From Eledone cirrhosa (lineage: Eukaryota), in NCBI GenBank assembly GCA_964016885.1, contig CAXHJY010001148.1:1-26952 (forward strand): 26,952 bases of DNA. The letters are read 5' to 3'. This document shows, piece by piece, positions 14,449-26,952 of this stretch (position 1 is its first letter; each line of letters opens with the position of its first letter). The notes beneath the pieces are model-generated. The model was not told the origin of the DNA. It was given only the letters and a program-made list of their open reading frames with translations, and did not search any database. The position numbers and the translations under genes are program-made.

Positions 14449-14870
14449 CCTGTGTCAGTGTTGAACAAAAAGGTGACGTGGTTGCCTTAACACCGTTGGC
14501 ATAAATTCAGGCTGTTCAGTTTGTTTACAAACGAACAAAGCGACGTTAGCGCCGCTAAACTGATACGTGCATATATGTATGTGTACCTGTATGCATATGT
14601 ATATATATATGTATATATATATATATATATGTGCATGCTACTGTACGTCTGTATACATATATGTATGTACGTATACATGCATACTTACATTTAAGTAAGT
14701 GCCATACTAAGAGTGAGAAATGAAATTTCGTTTTCATTTTGTTTCAATTTATCGTTTTCGGTATGCCTGACCGATTTAACTCACTCAATATGCAAATTAG
14801 GCTGCTCAGCCGTTAATTTTCATAAGGAAAGTATATACTTTCGAACGTTCAACTATCTGGCAGATGGGTA

Positions 14871-14915
14871 AACGGTGCTGATGATAGCTAACAAGCTTGA
14901 AACTAGTACATCGTT
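14871..14915 (+). ncRNA. Minimal type I hammerhead ribozyme, family B
   Basis: Consensus; predicted cleavage after 14908. Confidence 0.85.
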
Positions 14916-15338
14916 CCTGTGTCAGTGTTGAACAAAAAGGTGACGTGGTTGCCTTAACACCGTATGGCATAAATTCAGGCTGTTCAGTTTGTTTACAAAC
15001 GAACAAAGCGACGTTAGCGCCGCTAAACTGATACGTGCATATATGTATGTGTACCTGTATGCATATGTATATATATATGTATATATATATATATATATGT
15101 GCATGCTACTGTACGTCTGTATACATATATGTATGTACGTATACATGCATACTTACATTTAAGTAAGTGCCATACTAAGAGTGAGAAATGAAATTTCGTT
15201 TTCATTTTGTATCAATTTATCGTTTTCGGTATGCCTGACCGATTTAACTCACTCAATATGCAAATTAGGCTGCTCAGCCGTTAATTTTCATAAGGAAAGT
15301 ATATACTTTCGAACGTTCAACTATCTGGCAGATGGGTA

Positions 15339-15383
15339 AACGGTGCTGATGATAGCTAACAAGCTTGAAACTAGTACATCGTT
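15339..15383 (+). ncRNA. Minimal type I hammerhead ribozyme, family B
   Basis: Consensus; predicted cleavage after 15376. Confidence 0.85.
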
Positions 15384-15624
15384 CCTGTGTCAGTGTTGAA
15401 CAAAAAGGTGACGTGGTTGCCTTAACACCGTATGGCATAAATTCAGGCTGTTCAGTTTGTTTACAAACGAACAAAGCGACGTTAGCGCCGCTAAACTGAT
15501 ACGTGCATATATGTATGTGTACCTGTATGCATATGTATATATATATGTATATATATATATATATATGTGCATGCTACTGTACGTCTGTATACATATATGT
15601 ATGTACGTATACATGCACATTTAC

Positions 15625-17369
<1,745 letters not shown>

Positions 17370-17444
17370 AAGCAGCAGCCTGGAACTCTCCGTTTTATAA
17401 CCCCTCCTTGAAAGCAACTGGTGCGTGTGTTTCTTATTGGCAAC

Positions 17445-20400
17445 ATGACCCTCCCAAAGTATAACAATATCGGTTTCAACACACGATTTCAGATAAAGAA
17501 TCTTGCTAAACAAATTCAGAAACGAAATATCGTAAGCCTTAGCCAGGCTAACAAGATACTGAAAACCACCATGTTCTGTTGTCTACGAAAAACCATAACA
17601 TCTCGACAACTACACTTCATAAAACTGTGCACCACTTCTAGAATCTACACCAACACCATCAATACCGACGTTAGAAGATTACAACTCACCAAAAAACAAG
17701 CAGATAGGTTAAAACGAACTTTAATTCTAAACATAAAAAAGAAGATCTATAGAGAATTAAGTCATCAAGAAAAACTAAAGCGTAATCTAATAGATGAAAT
17801 ATCTAAAATCACCACACCAGCAGAAAAACTAACATTTATAAGCCTTATACGCCCCGAAGAACAGTACATTACTCAAGAATGTAATAAGCACTTTAACAGA
17901 AAATTAAAGTGGCTTAAACAGGCAAAGCTAAATCGGGATACTATAGAGTATACCAATAGATATCCCGACAAAATTGACGGTATCAACATGGCCGACACCT
18001 CATTATCTGAAGAGTTCAACAATGAAAATACCAACATTTATGGAAACACGGAAATAGATAATAATGAAATGTCTGTGTTACGTCTGCCACCCAAATTTGC
18101 AACATTCAAGAAGGTAAATATGATTAGTTGTCTGTCAGAAATAGAAAAATCATTTACGAAACTACGCTGGAGCATCAAAAACAAAAACAAAAGCAACAAT
18201 ATACGCACACACATATACAACACACATCCCAACAACAACAGACACACAGACACAAACAACAATAACAACAACAATAGCAACATACCCAGATACAACACCA
18301 ACAATAGCAACATACCCAGATACAACAGACACGCAGACACAAACAACAATAACAACACACACGGAGACAACAATATCAACAACAACAGCAACATACCCAG
18401 ATACAACAACAACAGACACGCAAACACAAACAACAATAACAACACACACAACAACGATAACACACACACACACGGAGACAACAACACACATCAACAACAA
18501 CACACATCAACAACAACAACACACACACATTCAATGCCTCTCACCACCACTACAATCTTAACAAACACACAGACACAGAAAACAAGTAATGACAGTAGCA
18601 CAGAAATCAGAGAAATAAGAGAAAGTAATAGGATTAAAAGGAGAAGGGAGACTAAGGACAAAGAGAATAACCAAGACGAACACACAGACACACAAAATAG
18701 GGTAGATAACAACATTGAGCCAGTGGAAAGAGACAGGAGTAATTATGAGAGACATAGAAACAACCATGAAGCTGAGGCTGCTGCTGTTGGTGGAAATAGA
18801 AACAACACAACTAACAATAGCACTAGTACACATAAAGCAGCAGCCTGGAACTCTCCGTTTTATAACCCCTCCGATAAATCATTCGACCTACGACGAGTCC
18901 ACGCCACGACTTTGCCATTTAACAAACGCACGCAGTTGCCGTCGCAGGTCGATGAACAAACAGAAGCACAATTTAGTATAGCTAAATCCGAACTTAGAAA
19001 TATTATAGAACAGTATAGCAAGAAGCATAATAGAATAGAGGCCCAGCAACTGGGAGAAGAATCTGCAAATGGCTTGCGTAAGCTCATGCAGCGCTCACGT
19101 AATGGAGAGATAGCATGCTTTCCAACAGACAAGTCTGGCAGAATGTCGGTTGACAGCCTGCCAAACTACATCCAGGCAATGCAACCCCACATCACTAACA
19201 CAAGAGAGGTAACACCACAGGAGCATGAGGATAGAGAAAAAACCCTCAATGCCCATATGGTGATGTGGACAAATATAATGCAGCCCAACAAAAGGACTGC
19301 CAACAACTTCCAGGCCTGGAACAATGACGTGCCGGCGTTGTATGGGCTTCGAAAAGACCATAAAACGGGCTGGGACCCTGTCGCGGGACCACCAACACGG
19401 CCAGTCTGTGGGGCTAACATTGCTAGTAACTACAGACTGTCCTACTTCCTCTCCCTGATCATACGCCCCATCATTGAGATGTACCCAGATGTGTGTGACA
19501 GCACGGAGGACCTCCTCAGCAGAATCGGCGCGGGTAACCGATCTGGGGACCTAACAAACTGCATAATAGGCAGTATGGATGTTGTGTCCCTGTATCCATC
19601 TATTGACGTGGATTTTGCTGTGGAGAAATGCGTCGAAATGATCAGCGAGAGCAAGGTTGAGTTCCGTGGGATTGATACCAGTGAGCTGGGACTTCTACTT
19701 AAGCTTACCCATAGTAATAGTTACCTAGACACTTATGACCTTAGCAACCTGTGCCCTACAAGACCAGCAAGAGGCAGACCACCTACCATTACCTCAATGG
19801 CCAAGAAAACCCACACAGATAGATGGAACGGGTGGACCAGAGCCATACGGACACCCGAAAACCACGATGAACTGAAGAAAATGATTGCACATGCGGTAGG
19901 GGCCAGCATAAAATTAACCCTTAAGGAACATATGTTCAAATTTAATGGTAAAACATATGCCCAAGAGGAAGGAGCAGCCATTGGTGTTAGCATTGCAGGC
20001 GACATAGCTAACTTGTTCATGGTATGGTGGGACAGTAGACTTAAACAAAAACTTAATGAACAATTAGAAGACAGCTTAACCCTGATAATGTACTCCCGCT
20101 ACGTAGATGATATAAACATCGTAGTTAAGACACCCCCACTAAAGAACAGTCAGGAACCAGAGACAGAGAAAAACACAATGGAAAGCATCCAGCAAATAGC
20201 AAACTCCATCCACCAGAGCATTAGAGTTACTATAGACTACCCAAGTAGACACCCCAACCATCGATTACCTGTACTAGACACAGAGCTCTGGTTAGATACT
20301 ATTAACAACCAAAAACAAATCCTCCATTCCCATTATGCCAAACCCATGACTTCCAAACATCTGATCCACCGAAACTCGGCCATTTCGGACCATACCAAAA

Positions 20401-21236
20401 TCAACATACTGATTGCGGATTCGGTACGGGTGATGAGAAATGTGTCCCGCATGTGCAACCCCGAAGAACTAGAGAGACACATACAACACTTCATCCACCG
20501 TATGCAGTTCTCTGGCTACAATCAGAGAGATAGAATCAGAGTGTATAAAGGAGCCAGAACCAAATGGGAAAAAATGGTAAATAATGACATAAATGGGACC
20601 TGCCCCTTGTATAGGAGCAAATTTTGGAATAGAATAGAAAGAACTAAGAACAAGGCCAATAGAATAAACTCATGGTATGATAGCAATAAATACCAGAGTG
20701 TAATGTTCATCAATACAACCCGTAGAGGCGAACTAGCCTACAAATTTAGAAGGGCCCTAAAGAAACATAATCTCAATATTAAGATAGTAGAAAGACCTGG
20801 TACCTCCGTAAAAACACTTATTAGCAAGACATACCCGTTCCAAAGACCCTCATGTATAGATAAGAAATGTATAACCTGTAAAATAAGCCCCCATATTAAC
20901 TGTAAAACTAGAAATGTAGTATATAGCATAAGATGTACTGAAGGACAATGTAGAAACAAAAATATAGTGTACATAGGTGAGACAGCTCGTAGTATAGGGG
21001 AACGAATAAATGAACACTGGCGAGACCTCCAAGATAGTAAAGAATCATCTGTGCTCTACCAACATGCTAAGATAGAACACAGGGGTAAATTAGAGAGCAT
21101 AGAAATAAAAATAGAATCCACACACAAGAAAGACGCAATGTTTAGGCAAATTACAGAGGCAGTAAGCATAAAAGAATTAAAACCAAAATTAAATAGAAAA
21201 TATGAGTGGAACAGCAACATCACAACTTACAATTAA
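17445..21236 (+). CDS. Penelope-like reverse transcriptase with C-terminal GIY-YIG endonuclease (~1263 aa from first ATG)
   Basis: PLE RT motifs [57 protein letters not shown]; Cys cluster [13 protein letters not shown]; GIY-YIG variant NVVY...[17 protein letters not shown]...EAVSI...LN; uninterrupted frame. Confidence 0.93.
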   Translation: MTLPKYNNIGFNTRFQIKNLAKQIQKRNIVSLSQANKILKTTMFCCLRKTITSRQLHFIKLCTTSRIYTNTINTDVRRLQLTKKQADRLKRTLILNIKKKIYRELSHQEKLKRNLIDEISKITTPAEKLTFISLIRPEEQYITQECNKHFNRKLKWLKQAKLNRDTIEYTNRYPDKIDGINMADTSLSEEFNNENTNIYGNTEIDNNEMSVLRLPPKFATFKKVNMISCLSEIEKSFTKLRWSIKNKNKSNNIRTHIYNTHPNNNRHTDTNNNNNNNSNIPRYNTNNSNIPRYNRHADTNNNNNTHGDNNINNNSNIPRYNNNRHANTNNNNNTHNNDNTHTHGDNNTHQQQHTSTTTTHTHSMPLTTTTILTNTQTQKTSNDSSTEIREIRESNRIKRRRETKDKENNQDEHTDTQNRVDNNIEPVERDRSNYERHRNNHEAEAAAVGGNRNNTTNNSTSTHKAAAWNSPFYNPSDKSFDLRRVHATTLPFNKRTQLPSQVDEQTEAQFSIAKSELRNIIEQYSKKHNRIEAQQLGEESANGLRKLMQRSRNGEIACFPTDKSGRMSVDSLPNYIQAMQPHITNTREVTPQEHEDREKTLNAHMVMWTNIMQPNKRTANNFQAWNNDVPALYGLRKDHKTGWDPVAGPPTRPVCGANIASNYRLSYFLSLIIRPIIEMYPDVCDSTEDLLSRIGAGNRSGDLTNCIIGSMDVVSLYPSIDVDFAVEKCVEMISESKVEFRGIDTSELGLLLKLTHSNSYLDTYDLSNLCPTRPARGRPPTITSMAKKTHTDRWNGWTRAIRTPENHDELKKMIAHAVGASIKLTLKEHMFKFNGKTYAQEEGAAIGVSIAGDIANLFMVWWDSRLKQKLNEQLEDSLTLIMYSRYVDDINIVVKTPPLKNSQEPETEKNTMESIQQIANSIHQSIRVTIDYPSRHPNHRLPVLDTELWLDTINNQKQILHSHYAKPMTSKHLIHRNSAISDHTKINILIADSVRVMRNVSRMCNPEELERHIQHFIHRMQFSGYNQRDRIRVYKGARTKWEKMVNNDINGTCPLYRSKFWNRIERTKNKANRINSWYDSNKYQSVMFINTTRRGELAYKFRRALKKHNLNIKIVERPGTSVKTLISKTYPFQRPSCIDKKCITCKISPHINCKTRNVVYSIRCTEGQCRNKNIVYIGETARSIGERINEHWRDLQDSKESSVLYQHAKIEHRGKLESIEIKIESTHKKDAMFRQITEAVSIKELKPKLNRKYEWNSNITTYN

Positions 21237-21430
21237 GGACAAAATGAAAACACACACACACATAGAACAAACAACTTACAATTGAAAACACACACAAAAT
21301 GAAAACACACACAAGACAAAATGAAAACACACACACACATAGAACAAACAACCAACCAACAATAAATAAATAAATAAACAAACAAATATAAATAGAAAAA
21401 TAGAAAAATGAACACAAACACACACAGACA
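21225..21430 (+). repeat. A/C-rich short tandem repeats in PLE 3' UTR
   Basis: Recurrent ACAAAATGAAAACACACAC(ACATAGAACAAAC) and ACAACTTACAATT units. Confidence 0.75.
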
Positions 21431-21487
21431 CCCGGATGTGGCGCATGCGCAAACTGAGCACGCAACCCACACACAAACAAAATGGCG
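21431..21487 (+). promoter_or_regulatory. Putative pLTR internal promoter (ETS, NRF1, YY1-like motifs)
   Basis: CCGGATGT 21432-21439, GCGCATGCGC 21441-21450, AAAATGGCG 21479-21487, clustered ~50-100 nt upstream of the hammerhead. Confidence 0.4.
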
Positions 21488-21533
21488 TAGGATAGAAGAA
21501 AGGAAAGGCACAGAAACGAAGAAAGAAATTCCC

Positions 21534-21578
21534 AGTCACTGAAGAGGTCACAGAGTGTGTGACGAAAGAACTATGACT
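21534..21578 (+). ncRNA. Minimal type I hammerhead ribozyme of PLE pLTR
   Basis: AGTCA-CTGAAGA-G-GTCAC-AGAGTGT-GTGAC-GAAA-G-AA-C-TA-TGACT; stems I and II perfectly paired; predicted CUA cleavage after 21573. Confidence 0.85.
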
Positions 21579-21829
21579 ATATATATATAAACAACTATCT
21601 GGTTGTGGAACCAACCAACCAACCAGAAATTTATAAATTTGTAAATTTATAAATATATATTAAATTAAATTGAAGTGAAAGCAACTGGTGCGTGTGTTTC
21701 TTATTGGCAACATGACCCTCCCAAAGTATAACAATATCGGTTTCAACACACGATTTCAGATAAAGAATCTTGCTAAACAAATTCAATATATATATATGTA
21801 TATATGTATATATATATATATATATGTAT

Positions 21830-22092
21830 ATCGCTGCCATGTCCTGCGTCTCCAATAGACCAGTGTCTGTCCTTAGGGCATCAACATACGTTAACCTTGG
21901 TCTTCCTCTTCTAGTGTGTCCATGTAGGGCCTCCCAAAGGAGCACTGAGTGCAATGTCAACTCTGAATGTCGGTGAGCATATCCAGCCATCCTCAGTCTC
22001 CTCTGTGTCACTTTTGAGCTGACTCTTGGGATGCTCCCATACAGCGATAATGAGGGCCAGAGACCGCTGGAGAGAACTCGTCTATGGATCTC
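21830..22092 (-). mobile_element. RTE-type LINE ORF C-terminal fragment
   Basis: [26 protein letters not shown]...LLWE..HG..RRGRPRLTYVDALRTDTGL resembles the RTE C-terminus (RRLRxxGH, GRP motifs). Confidence 0.7.
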
Positions 22093-22171
22093 ATATATAT
22101 ATACATATATATATATACATATATACATATATAAATGTATATATGTATATATATATATGTATATATATATG

Positions 22172-22236
<65 letters not shown>

Positions 22237-22244
22237 GTATATAA

Positions 22245-22560
22245 GTTAGAAAGATCTATCTTCTGCAGACATAGAATAGCCACTAAATTCATAAGATTCA
22301 AACCTCCGTGAATCGAACCAACATAACATAGCTTTAAATTAGGATACCTACTACCCACAGAAATATATTCATTAAGTATACTATATCCTTCACAAATCTA
22401 TACCACACAATTGTCTGTAAGTACCTCATCTATCAACAATCTTACTCCTTCTCAGCTGCTGCAATCATTTGATCCTAGATCCTAGTTTTTCTCATTTCAC
22501 TACTACGATGTTACTTTACCTTCTTTTTGCCATAATTACAATTAGCACGCTTTTCTCTTT
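22245..22560 (-). other. Possible degenerate non-LTR retroelement fragment
   Basis: Minus-strand peptide [17 protein letters not shown] weakly resembles the post-RT LYxxxxxGGLGL motif; otherwise unrecognised. Confidence 0.2.
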
Positions 22561-22664
22561 GCATGTATGTATATTTTTGTACGAGTGTATATTGATGTGT
22601 ATGTATGTGTCTATGTACACATGCATGTGTATATATGTGTATATATATTTATATATATATATAT

Positions 22665-23876
22665 AGTTCTAGTTTGTAGGAAAGAAAACAAGGCGGCGGT
22701 CCCTTCTGGGAAATGGTCGTGCTCGGTATGTAGGAAAGGCGTAGGTAGAAACTCCATCTTATGTCCTAAATGCAAAGTATGGGTGCATAAAAGATGTAGT
22801 GGGATCACAGGTAAGCTAACTAAGAACATAGACTTTACATGTGGCCGGTGTTCTGGTGCAATAAGTAGCAGCAAGTGCCCACAAAATACTAGCTCTTTCA
22901 ATTGCGCAGAGGGTTCTATAGAAATAGTGGACAGCTTTCCGTTACCTGGGCGATAAAATCAGCAGTGGGGGAGGGTGCTCTGAAAGTACTGTAGCTAGAG
23001 TCAGAACTGGTTGGAAAAAGTTCAGAGAGCTTATACCACTATTAGCTGCTAAAGGGTTCTCCCTAAAAATGAAAGGCAGGTTGTACGATGCCTGCATACG
23101 AACAGCAATGTTGCATGGTAGTGAGACCTGGGCATTGTGTGCAGAGGATATACGCAGACTAGAGAGGAACGAAGCTTGCATGCTCCGCTGGATGTGTAAC
23201 AGTAATATACGTGAACGGCAAAGCATAAACGAACTAAGGAAAAAATTAGAGATAAGAGGGATCAGATGTTGTTTACTCGAGAGAAGGCTGCGTTGGTATG
23301 GACACGTGATGCGCATGAAAGTCGATAGCTGTATTACAAAGTGCAGGGCAATAAAGATAGACGGTAGCCACGGAATAGGCAGACCTAGAAAAACATGGGA
23401 TGAGCTGATAAACTCCGACCTCACACACCTTACACCTCTCCAAGACAATGTCACTGGACCGTGACCTTTGGCGGTACTCAGTAACAGAGAAGACCCGCCT
23501 TGCCAGTAGGCATCTCTAACAAAATACACCCCTCCCGCCGCCACCCCCCCACCCCATCCACACCACCCCGTTCTATGTAAAGTTATGTTGGTGCCGCGCC
23601 ATCCAGGCCGAAACAAATGAGATCGTGTAGGTGTCACGACAAAAAAACACACAGTCCACGCTGTAATGTGGCCGTGTAGGCAACACGGTAAAAAACCTCC
23701 CAGACCCCACACTGTAAATGTGGTTGGTGTTAGGAAGGGCATCCAACTGTAGAAAAACCTGCCAGACAGTCCTATGCGAGCAAGACAATCACTCTTGCCT
23801 CAAGTGGGACTACCCCCCGTCCAAACCCATGCAAGCGTGGAACACGGACGTTAAACGTTGATGATGATGATGATGA

Positions 23877-23880
<4 letters not shown>
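22665..23880 (+). mobile_element. 5'-truncated RTE LINE, copy 1, with (GAT)n tail
   Basis: Highly similar to 25279-26511; frameshifts near 22938 and ~23428; 3' stem-loop CGTCC..CCATGC-AA-GCGTGG..GGACG then (GAT)7. Confidence 0.9.
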
Positions 23881-23920
<40 letters not shown>

Positions 23921-23950
23921 TTATATATACATACATATATATATATGTAC

Positions 23951-23981
<31 letters not shown>

Positions 23982-23982
<1 letters not shown>

Positions 23983-26511
23983 GGAAATTCCTGAAAGCAA
24001 ACCTGCTGATGGCGGCAGACAAAGTCTGTGGCTGGAGCAGGCCTGTAGGCAGGAGGAGAGTAACATGGTGGTGGAACAGTAAAGTGGAGGGGTAAATTAA
24101 GGCCAAAAGCAGGCTTGGAAAGTATGGCGGGATGGGGGAAGTAGAGAAGACTATCAAGTGGCCAGGAGGGAAGCTAGGAGACAAGTGTACTTCGCAAGAA
24201 GGGAAGCAGAGGAAAGAAAGTTCAAGCATGTTCTACAACGCGAGGACCAAAAACGTGAGGTGTTCAGGATTGCTAGGCAATGTGTCAAAGAAAACCGTGA
24301 TATTGTCGGGGAGAAGTGTGTACTTAATGATGACGGCGTACTTGCCATCACCGACGCTGATAAGAAGGTAGCTTGGCAGTGTCACTACGAAAGGGTACTA
24401 AATGAGGAGAATAAATGGGAGAAAGACAGTCTCCCCCACATCGACCCAATAGAGGGACCAGCAGTGTTAGTCGAGGGTAGTATAATAAGTAAGGCAATCA
24501 AAGATATGAAGACGGGTAAGGTGGCTGGGCCTTCGGAAATAGTTGCTGAGATGCTGAAGGCATCTGGTACGGTGGGACACACCATGGTCACCCGGATAGT
24601 TAACCAAGTCGTACAGAATGGGGTTGTTCCGAAGGACTGGCGTAGCAGCATCATCGTTAACTGTTATAAGGGTAAAGGAGATGCCCTAGATAGGAGTAAC
24701 TATAGAGGCATTAAATTAATCGACCAGGTCATGAAGGTCACGGAAAAAGTAATAGCGCAACTAATCAGAGAGAGAATTGATCTAGATGAAATGCAGTTCG
24801 GGTTTGTGTCAGGCAAAAGTACCACAGACGCTCTTTTCATTGTACGACAACTACAGGAGAAGTACCTAAGTAAACCCCTATACTTAGCCTTTGTCGACTT
24901 GGAGAAAGCCTTCGACAGAGTCCCCCGTTCCATTATCTGGTGGGCTCTTAGAAAACTAGGTGTTGACGAATGGCTTGTGAGAGCTATACAAGCCATGTAT
25001 AAAGAAACAGTCAGCAAGGTTAGAATTAACAACGAATATAGTGAAGAGTTTAGCGTAAAAGTTGGCGTCCATCAGGGCTCTGTTCTCAGCCCACTACTAT
25101 TTATTATTGCCCTTCAGGCTATAACAGAGGAGTTCAAGACCGGCTGCCCATGGGAACTCCTATACGCAGATGATCTAACACTCATAGCTGAATCAATGGC
25201 CGAGCTAGAGAAGAAATTCCAAACATGGAAGCACAGCCTAGAATCAAAAGGCCTTAAAATTAACCTGGCTAACACTAAAGTTCTAGTTTGTAAGAAAGAA
25301 AATAAGGCGGCGGTCCCTTCCGGGAAGTGGCCCTGCTCAGTGTGTAGGAAAGGCGTAGGTAGAAACTCCATTTTGTGTCCCAAATGCAAAGTATGGGTGC
25401 ATAAAAGATGTAGTGGGATCACAGGTAAGCTAACTAAGAACATAGATTTTACATGTGGCCGGTGCTCTGGTGCAATAAGTAGCAGCAAGTGCCCACAAAA
25501 TAGTAGCTCTTTCAACTGCGCAGAGGGTTCTATAGAAATAGTGGACAGCTTCCGTTACCTGGGTGACAAAATCAGCAGTGGTGGAGGGTGCTCTGAAAGT
25601 ACAGTAGCTAGAGTCAGAACTGGATGGAAAAAGTTCAGAGAGCTTATACCACTATTAGCCGCTAAAGGGTTCTCCCTAAAAATGAAAGGCAGGCTGTATG
25701 ATGCCTGCATACGAACAGCAATGTTGCATGGCAGTGAGACCTGGGCATTGTGTGCAGAGGATATACGCAGACTAGAGAGGAACGAAGCTTGCATGCTCCG
25801 TTGGATGTATAATAGTAATATACGTGAACGGCAAAGCATAAACAAACTAAGGAAAAAATTAGAAATAAGAGGGATCAGATGTTGTTTACTCGAGAGAAGG
25901 CTACGTTGGTATGGTCACGTGATGCGCATGAAAGACGATAGCTGTATAACAAAGTGCAGGGCAATAAAGATAGACGGTAGCCACGGAGTAGGCAGACCCA
26001 GAAAAACCTGGGACGAGCTGATAAATTCGACCTCACACACTTACACCTCTCCAAGACAATGTCACTGGACCGAGACCTTTGGCGGTACTCAGTAATAGAG
26101 AAGACCCGCCTTACCTAAATACAAAGTAAAACCTACTACAGTCAGTAGGCATCTCTAACAAAATACACCCCCGTCCCACCACCCTCACCCCATCCACACC
26201 GCCCCTTTCAATGTAAAGTTATGTTGGTGCCACAAAATCCAGGCCGAAACAAATGAGATCATGTAGGTGTCACGACAAAAAACACACAGTCCACGCTGTA
26301 AAGTGGCTGTGTAGGCAACACGGTAAAAACCTCCCAGCCCCACACTGTAAATGTGGTTGGTGTTAGGAAGGGCATCCAGCTGTAGAAAACCCGCCAGACA
26401 GTCCTATGCGAGCAAGATAATCACTCTTGCCTCAAGTGGGAAAACCCCCGTCCAAACCCATGCAAGCGTGGAACACGGACGTTAAACGTTGATGATGATG
26501 ATGATGATGAT
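23982..26511 (+). mobile_element. 5'-truncated RTE LINE, copy 2, with (GAT)n tail
   Basis: TWWWN motif near 24060, RT ORF, 3' UTR, stem-loop and (GAT)7 tail. Confidence 0.92.
24158..26118 (+). pseudogene. RTE reverse transcriptase ORF with PHD-like zinc finger, truncated and frameshifted
   Basis: NYRGIKL, QFGF, FVDLEKAFDRVP, GVHQGSVLSPLLF, LLYADD, FRYLG, MLHGSETW, RRLRWYGHV, GRPRKTW. A 1-nt deletion near 26027 hides the native end DLTHLHLSKTMSLDRDLWRYSVIEKTRLT-stop (TAA 26116-26118). Confidence 0.88.
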
Positions 26512-26952
26512 ATATGTGTGTGTGTGTGTATGTGTATGTGTGTGTGTGTGTCGTGCGTAGATATATGCGTATATTAATTCGTTAACCTCTGTATTAACTC
26601 TACAACTATTTAGCTTTGACAGTGGTCCCACTCATGTATACTGTTGAAGATGAAGAGAAAGACTGTAAAAACTAGCTTATCTTTATAATTTAAAATTGAT
26701 ATACACTACGATACTCTGTACATGTCAAAGCTTCATTTTGCCTTATGACAGCTAGTTTTCACGCCGTAACATTAGATACATTATATACCCCCCACCTAAG
26801 TAATGTCAGGGTCTCCTTAAATAATTTATTGATAGCATTGTTGTAATTGTTGTTATTGTTCTAATTGAATGCCATTACTACTCCATATAGTAGCCTGTAT
26901 TTTCTTTTCTTTTCTTGCCTGTGTATTTTCTTGATTCTCGCATGCTCCGAAG

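Larger units (their letters stand above)
10477..15626. mobile_element. Hammerhead-bearing tandem repeat family B (retrozyme-like, 467-474-nt monomer), palindromic array
   Basis: Landmark ATGAAAACGAAATTTC at 10492, 10960, 11428, 11898, 12372, 12842, 13316, 13786 (~7.5 copies). Orientation switches at ~14005-14052, then ~3.4 inverted copies follow. One hammerhead per monomer. Confidence 0.88.

Noticed and set aside
10492-15620. Repeated 60-133 aa ORFs in family B
   Set aside because: The frame depends on the variable internal TA tract length; no homology recognised.
10477-15626. CRISPR-like array or plain satellite
   Set aside because: There are no unique spacers and the context is eukaryotic; a conserved hammerhead per unit and a central inversion argue against an ordinary satellite.
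21281-21310. Similarity between the PLE 3' UTR (ATTGAAAAC..ACAAAATGAAAAC) and the family B array start
   Set aside because: Low-complexity A-rich match, and antisense relative to the family B ribozyme strand.
26612-26759. Two interleaved 10-bp inverted repeats (AGCTTTGACA/TGTCAAAGCT and AAAACTAGCT/AGCTAGTTTT)
   Set aside because: Short and AT-rich, with no TSD or second copy in the window; insufficient to call a MITE or structured RNA.

Overview
Eukaryotic, repeat-saturated, AT-rich window with no host gene; all YI-rich ORFs are translations of (TA)n microsatellite. The repeat spectrum resembles coleoid cephalopod (octopus-like) DNA, which is an inference. Long (TA)n tracts act as a landing pad for retroelements: an intact Penelope-like element (PLE; RT + GIY-YIG ORF 17445-21236) with a minimal type I hammerhead ribozyme (HHR) in its 3' pLTR, two further pLTR fragments, a 5'-truncated CR1-type LINE, two RTE LINE copies plus an RTE fragment, and a tRNA-derived SINE head. 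The main unexplained signal is two unrelated non-coding tandem-repeat families (~425-nt and ~470-nt monomers). Each carries one minimal hammerhead per monomer (9 and 10 copies), is circularly permuted, and is inserted as a back-to-back (5'-to-5') inverted multimer whose 3' ends run into (TA)n. They look like non-autonomous retrozyme/circRNA-type elements mobilised by a PLE reverse transcriptase. In total 21 hammerhead motifs of three sequence families can be read in the window.
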